In this document: in pieces, positions 36,617 through 40,421 of the stretch | How the letters are laid out: every line of letters begins with the position of its first letter | Position numbering within the stretch: the first letter of the stretch is position 1 | Position numbers and translations under genes: made by a program | Assembly: GCA_032128115.1 (NCBI GenBank) | Contig: JAQBHB010000065.1 | Span: 1 to 40,421 of the forward strand | DNA from: Deltaproteobacteria bacterium | Lineage (GTDB): Bacteria; Myxococcota_A; UBA9160; SMWR01 | Direction: 5' to 3' | DNA length: 40,421 nt | Notes under the pieces: model-generated | The model's input: the letters and a program-made list of their open reading frames with translations, nothing else | What the model was told of the DNA's origin: nothing | Databases searched by the model: none

Positions 36617-37324
36617 GTGGCGGAGAACGGTCAGACGCCGCACGCGGTGCGAGAGGGGGTCCGGTCCGGAATCCTCTCTTCGATCAAACACGACGTGGAG
36701 CTGCGCGGCGGAAGGACGGCACGACTTCTCGTGGCGGCAGGCGTGGTGGGGGTCGTGGGCGCCCTCGGCGTGACTCTCCTGATCTCGGGTCACCCCTTCG
36801 GCCACCACCCGCCTTGGCACGTCGCGGTGTTCAGCGCGGTGTGGGCGGGGCTCCTCGTCGTGGGCTTCGCGATTACCTTCCTGCAGGTGCGAACGCCGTC
36901 GCTACCCCTGGCCCGCTCGGCTCTCGCGGGGATCCTGGGTCTGGGCCTCGCTGGAATCTGCGGGGCGGTGTGCCCCGACCAACATTTCTTGCACTGGTGG
37001 TCGAGAACTGGGATCGGGGGCTCCCTGACCGCGACCGGAGGGCCCGCGGTCAGCGCACTTTGCTTCGGGCTGGTAACGGCGCTCTTCTTCGGAGGGATTT
37101 CGGCCTTCCTGGTGTTGGGGGATCGCCGTCAGCCGCCCGTGAAGCCGCTTCTCCCAGCGGCTGCGCTGCTCATCTTGCTCGCTCCCGGCGTGGCGCTTCA
37201 GTCGGTTGACACCTCGCTGGGTGTCTTCGTGGGCTGGCTCGCCGGAACCGCCGCAGGGGTCTTCGCCGGGATCGCGGCGGGGATTCGGGGCCGTGCCCTT
37301 GTTTCCCCCAATCGCGAGAGTTGA
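36617..37324 (+). CDS. Multi-TM putative anti-sigma factor (NrsF-like architecture)
   Basis: Immediately downstream of the ECF gene; about 6 TMs; HPFGHHPPWH and CGAVCPDQH motifs. Confidence 0.65.
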   Translation: MAENGQTPHAVREGVRSGILSSIKHDVELRGGRTARLLVAAGVVGVVGALGVTLLISGHPFGHHPPWHVAVFSAVWAGLLVVGFAITFLQVRTPSLPLARSALAGILGLGLAGICGAVCPDQHFLHWWSRTGIGGSLTATGGPAVSALCFGLVTALFFGGISAFLVLGDRRQPPVKPLLPAAALLILLAPGVALQSVDTSLGVFVGWLAGTAAGVFAGIAAGIRGRALVSPNRES

Positions 37325-37346
37325 ACGCGAATTGGCGAGCGGAGCC

Positions 37347-37382
37347 TTGCACCCTGAATCCAGGTTCAGGGTTGGCTATTCT
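37347..37382 (+). promoter_or_regulatory. MerR-type operator upstream of the second merR-like gene
   Basis: Dyad ACCCTGAA-TCCAGG-TTCAGGGT (37351-37372) followed by TATTCT. Confidence 0.65.
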
Positions 37383-37391
37383 CCCGGAGTG

Positions 37392-37799
37392 ATGGGACAG
37401 CGGCTCACCATCGGCGACCTTGCGGAGGCAGCGGGCGTGCCCGCCTCGACCGTCCGCTACTACGAGCGCACCGGGCTCCTTCGGCGACCCCCGCGAAGCA
37501 CATCCAACTACCGGCTCTACGAGGAGGAGGACGTATACCGAGTGCGCTTCATCCGGGCCGCCCAGGCCACCGGATTCACCCTGGATGACGTGGCCGCGCT
37601 TCTGCGGCCCTCTTCCTGTCGGAAGGTCCAACGGCTCATCGAGGAGCGGCTGGAAGAGGTGTCGGCCCGGATGAAGGAGCTGCGCCACGTCCAGCGAGTG
37701 CTCAAGGCGGCGTTCACGACCTGCGTGGAGCATGAGCCGACCGGGCGCTGCGGGGTCGTCGACACCCTCAGCGCCTCCGCACGTTCCAAGCGGCCGTAG
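37392..37799 (+). CDS. MerR-family regulator with three Cys
   Basis: LTIGDLAEAAGV..VRYYERTGL..NYRLY..FIRAAQATGFTL; SSCRKV and CVEHEPTGRC. Confidence 0.92.
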   Translation: MGQRLTIGDLAEAAGVPASTVRYYERTGLLRRPPRSTSNYRLYEEEDVYRVRFIRAAQATGFTLDDVAALLRPSSCRKVQRLIEERLEEVSARMKELRHVQRVLKAAFTTCVEHEPTGRCGVVDTLSASARSKRP

Positions 37800-37820
37800 T
37801 CAGGGTACTTCTTCTGCCCC

Positions 37821-37852
37821 TTGACCTTGAACCTGGGTTCAACCTGTATCTT
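37821..37852 (+). promoter_or_regulatory. MerR-type promoter, 20-bp spacer
   Basis: TTGACC-ttgaacctgggttcaacctg-TATCTT; dyad TTGAACC-TG-GGTTCAA. Confidence 0.85.
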
Positions 37853-37905
37853 CTGCGGGCTCACGGTTGTGCCCGAGCGAATCTGGGGTCAGTACGCAGG
37901 GGGCA

Positions 37906-38271
37906 ATGAGGGTTGGTGACGTGAAGAAGGAGACACTGGCGACCGGGGGTTCGATCGGGATCTCGGCCCTGATCGCATCGTGCTGCATCGCACCTACGCT
38001 CTTCCTCGTCTTCGGCGCGTCCTTCGGGGCACTGGGGGCATTGTCTGCCCTGGAGCCGTATCAGCCCTATTTCGTGGGCGCGGGAGCCCTGGCCTTGGGC
38101 TTCGCTGGACATCGGATCTTCGGGCCCAGCTCCGTCGAGACCAACTGTGGCGAAGACACGTGCGCGTCCGACTCTCGCAGCCGACGGTTCACGCGGAGGC
38201 TCTACTTCGTTGCGGTCGCACTCTTCGCGCTTGCGATCGCCTACCCCTATGTGCTCGGGATCATTCTCTAG
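37906..38271 (+). CDS. merT: MerT-family mercuric transporter
   Basis: ASCCIAP, LSALEPYQPYF, loop Cys pair CGEDTC, LAYPY-like C-terminus. Confidence 0.8.
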   Translation: MRVGDVKKETLATGGSIGISALIASCCIAPTLFLVFGASFGALGALSALEPYQPYFVGAGALALGFAGHRIFGPSSVETNCGEDTCASDSRSRRFTRRLYFVAVALFALAIAYPYVLGIIL

Positions 38272-38284
38272 GAGCGACGACAGC

Positions 38285-38596
38285 ATGACCATGAAGCGAA
38301 GTCTGGGGTATCTGATCTTGACTCTCGTTCTGCTCGCGGGAGCGCCGAGCTTCGGCGAGAAGGAGGCGATGGAGACCCACGTCTTCTCCGTGGAAGGCAT
38401 GACCTGCTCGTTGTGCGGAAAGGCGATCGAGAAATCCCTGCGCGGCGTCGAGGGCGTACGCGACGTTCGCGTCGATCAGAAAGCCGAAAGGGTGACCGTG
38501 GTGACCTCGCCCGATGTCGGCACCGCGTCGCTCGTGGCCGCAATCCAGTCGGCGGGGCGTTACACGGCAGCCCTCGTGGAGCCGGCGGGTGGGTGA
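38285..38596 (+). CDS. Periplasmic HMA-domain protein (MerP-like)
   Basis: Signal peptide, VEGMTCSLC. Confidence 0.85.
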   Translation: MTMKRSLGYLILTLVLLAGAPSFGEKEAMETHVFSVEGMTCSLCGKAIEKSLRGVEGVRDVRVDQKAERVTVVTSPDVGTASLVAAIQSAGRYTAALVEPAGG

Positions 38597-38810
38597 GTCT
38601 GCCCGCCAGATCCAGCGGTCCGCGACGCTGACCTGCCCGAAGTGCGGACATCGCAAGACGGAGCGGATGCCGGTTGACGCCTGCCAGTTCTTCTACGACT
38701 GCGAGAGCTGCGGTGTGCGGCTCAAGCCCAAGGCCGGCGATTGCTGTGTTTATTGCTCCTACGCGGATGTTCCGTGCCCCTCGATTCAGGCCGGAGGCTC
38801 CTGCACGTAG
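38589..38810 (+). CDS. GDCCVxC-domain small Cys-rich protein
   Basis: LTCPKCGH..MPVDACQFFYDCESCG..LKPKAGDCCVYCSYADVPCP. Confidence 0.85.
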   Translation: MGESARQIQRSATLTCPKCGHRKTERMPVDACQFFYDCESCGVRLKPKAGDCCVYCSYADVPCPSIQAGGSCT

Positions 38811-38861
38811 CGCCTGTCGCAGGTGGATGAATGACCCATCTCAAGCCACGGAGGTAAGACC

Positions 38862-39032
38862 ATGGATCCGATTCGCGTGACGTTGTGTGGGGACTGCGAG
38901 CACTGTCCCGAGGTCGAGATCTCGGACGCGGGCGTACGGATTGGTGAGGCGGGCAACGAAGTGCGTTTGACGCACGCTCAATGGAAGGATCTGGTCGAAA
39001 GGATCCGCGCCGGGGACCTCGGAACGGCATAG
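38862..39032 (+). CDS. 56-aa CxxCxxCP protein (not in the ORF track)
   Basis: SD GGAGGT; translation MDPIRVTLCGDCEHCPEVEISDAGVRIGEAGNEVRLTHAQWKDLVERIRAGDLGTA. Confidence 0.75.
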   Translation: MDPIRVTLCGDCEHCPEVEISDAGVRIGEAGNEVRLTHAQWKDLVERIRAGDLGTA

Positions 39033-39101
39033 CGCAACCTGGGACCCGGGCGGCCGGGGCTCGAGGCCGCGTCCCCCGGGGACCCGGGCGGCGACTCCCT
39101 G

Positions 39102-39126
39102 GTCACGTTTCGGCTTCCCATCCGTA
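39102..39126 (+). promoter_or_regulatory. Putative ECF promoter GTCAC-N16-CGTA
   Basis: Upstream of the heme-binding protein and P-type ATPase genes. Confidence 0.72.
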
Positions 39127-39186
39127 TTCCGCGCCGGAGAGGTAGATTTTCACCTCGACGAGCCCAGAAGCGAGGGAAGCACCTGG

Positions 39187-39657
39187 ATGCGCCAGCTCCG
39201 CAATGGGCTCTTGGATCTGCTCGGCCTCGGGCTCGTGATCCAGGTCGTTCCCTACGGGCGAAACCACGAGAATCCGGAGATGCTTCGGGAACCCGATTGG
39301 GGTTGGGATCGACCTCGGACCCGGGAACTCTTCTTGCGCGGCTGCAAGGACTGCCACAGCAACCAGACGGAGTGGCCGGGGTACAGCGTTGTGGCCCTGG
39401 TCTCGTGGCTCGTACAGCGCGACGTCCACGACGGCCGTTCACACTTCAATGTCTCCGAATGGGGCCGCGACGAGAACCACGGCGATGAGGCAGCCGAGAT
39501 GGTCCGAGAAGGGAAGATGCGGCCGTGGTTCCATCTGCCAGCCCATCCTGAAGCGCGACTCTCGGACGCGGAACGAGAGGCGCTCATCGCGGGCCTGGTC
39601 GCCACGTTCGAGGAGGGGGAGGCGGATCACGAGGACGACCACCACCACAGCCACTGA
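39187..39657 (+). CDS. Heme-binding domain (c-type) protein with poly-His tail
   Basis: [40 protein letters not shown]-terminal HEDDHHHSH. Confidence 0.82.
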   Translation: MRQLRNGLLDLLGLGLVIQVVPYGRNHENPEMLREPDWGWDRPRTRELFLRGCKDCHSNQTEWPGYSVVALVSWLVQRDVHDGRSHFNVSEWGRDENHGDEAAEMVREGKMRPWFHLPAHPEARLSDAEREALIAGLVATFEEGEADHEDDHHHSH

Positions 39658-39688
39658 GCCCGATCGGTCGGGGGCCGATCGCTGGCGC

Positions 39689-40421
39689 TGGACGTGCCCC
39701 ATGCACCCGGATGTGGTCCGCGACGAGCCCGGCTCGTGCCCGATCTGTGGCATGGCACTCGAGCCGACGGCTCCGACCGCGGAGGAGCAGGAGAACCCGG
39801 AACTCGCCGACATGACCCGCCGGTTCTGGGGGAGCCTGGTCCTCACGCTTCCGGTCTTCGCCATTGCGATGGCCGAGATGGTCCCCGGGAATCCGCTCTC
39901 CGCGCGCTTCTCGTCGCACGGCCTGGCCTGGGCGCAGCTCGCCCTGGGGACGCCCGTCGTCCTGTGGGGAGGCCGCCCCTTCTTCGTTCGCGGCTGGGAG
40001 TCGGTTCGCTTGCTTCACCTCAACATGTTCACATTGATCGCGACCGGGACCGGAGCCGCGTGGCTGTACAGCGCCTTCGCGACGGCGATTCCCGAGATCT
40101 TCCCCGCCTCGTTCCGCGGCGCTGACGGCGAGGTCGCCGTCTACTTCGAAGCCGCCGGGGTGATCGTCACGCTGATCCTGCTGGGGCAGGTCCTTGAGCT
40201 CCGCGCACGGAGCCAGACGAGCGCCGCTATCAAGAAGCTGCTCGGCATGGCGGCGACCTCCGCGCGGCGACTGCAGGAAGACGGGAGCGAGGAAGACGTC
40301 CCGCTCGACGTGGTGCAGGTGGGAGACCGATTGCGGGTGCGCCCTGGCGAGAAGGTCCCTGTCGACGGGGTCGTCCTCGACGGGCACAGTGCGATCGATG
40401 AAGCGATGGTCACCGGCGAGC
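39689..40421 (+). CDS. copA: Copper-translocating P1B-type ATPase, 5' part (runs off the window)
   Basis: [71 protein letters not shown]. Confidence 0.88.

Noticed and set aside
38589..38810. Selenocysteine in the GDCCVxC protein
   Set aside because: All motif positions are TGC/TGT codons; there is no in-frame TGA.
1..40421. CRISPR array, integrase or conjugation genes
   Set aside because: No regularly spaced repeats and no recombinase or tra motifs seen in this window.

Overview
GC-rich bacterial accessory region directly downstream of a tRNA pair (3' end of a probable tRNA-Val, then tRNA-Arg(CCG)). The first ~7.5 kb is integration debris: a ~2 kb integrase-less islet (TetR, small membrane protein, SDR) closed by a 49-bp copy of the tRNA-Arg 3' half, a deleted IS3-family element, a PEP-CTERM gene, a second IS3 fragment, a molybdopterin oxidoreductase and an AraC remnant. 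The rest is a heavy-metal island: a Czc-like HME-RND operon plus cupredoxin, a TetR/P450 pair, two MerR-family operons with MerT/HMA-like genes (no merA in the window), a CusCBA operon, a block of mostly uncharacterised envelope genes around an ECF sigma/anti-sigma pair, and the start of a CopA-like P1B-ATPase. Two unannotated regulatory systems stand out. (1) Nine copies of an ECF-type promoter, GTCAC-N16/17-CGTA, lie in intergenic gaps between 27.6 and 39.1 kb and outline a putative local regulon of the Cys/His-rich anti-sigma/ECF pair. (2) A ~680-bp module (promoter, secreted His/Cys-rich leader ORF, anti-SD/SD stem, TolC signal peptide) is duplicated in inverted orientation in front of both RND operons; the copy before the Cu pump carries a CxxxC motif the other lacks. 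All product calls come from motif recognition by eye; no database searches were run.
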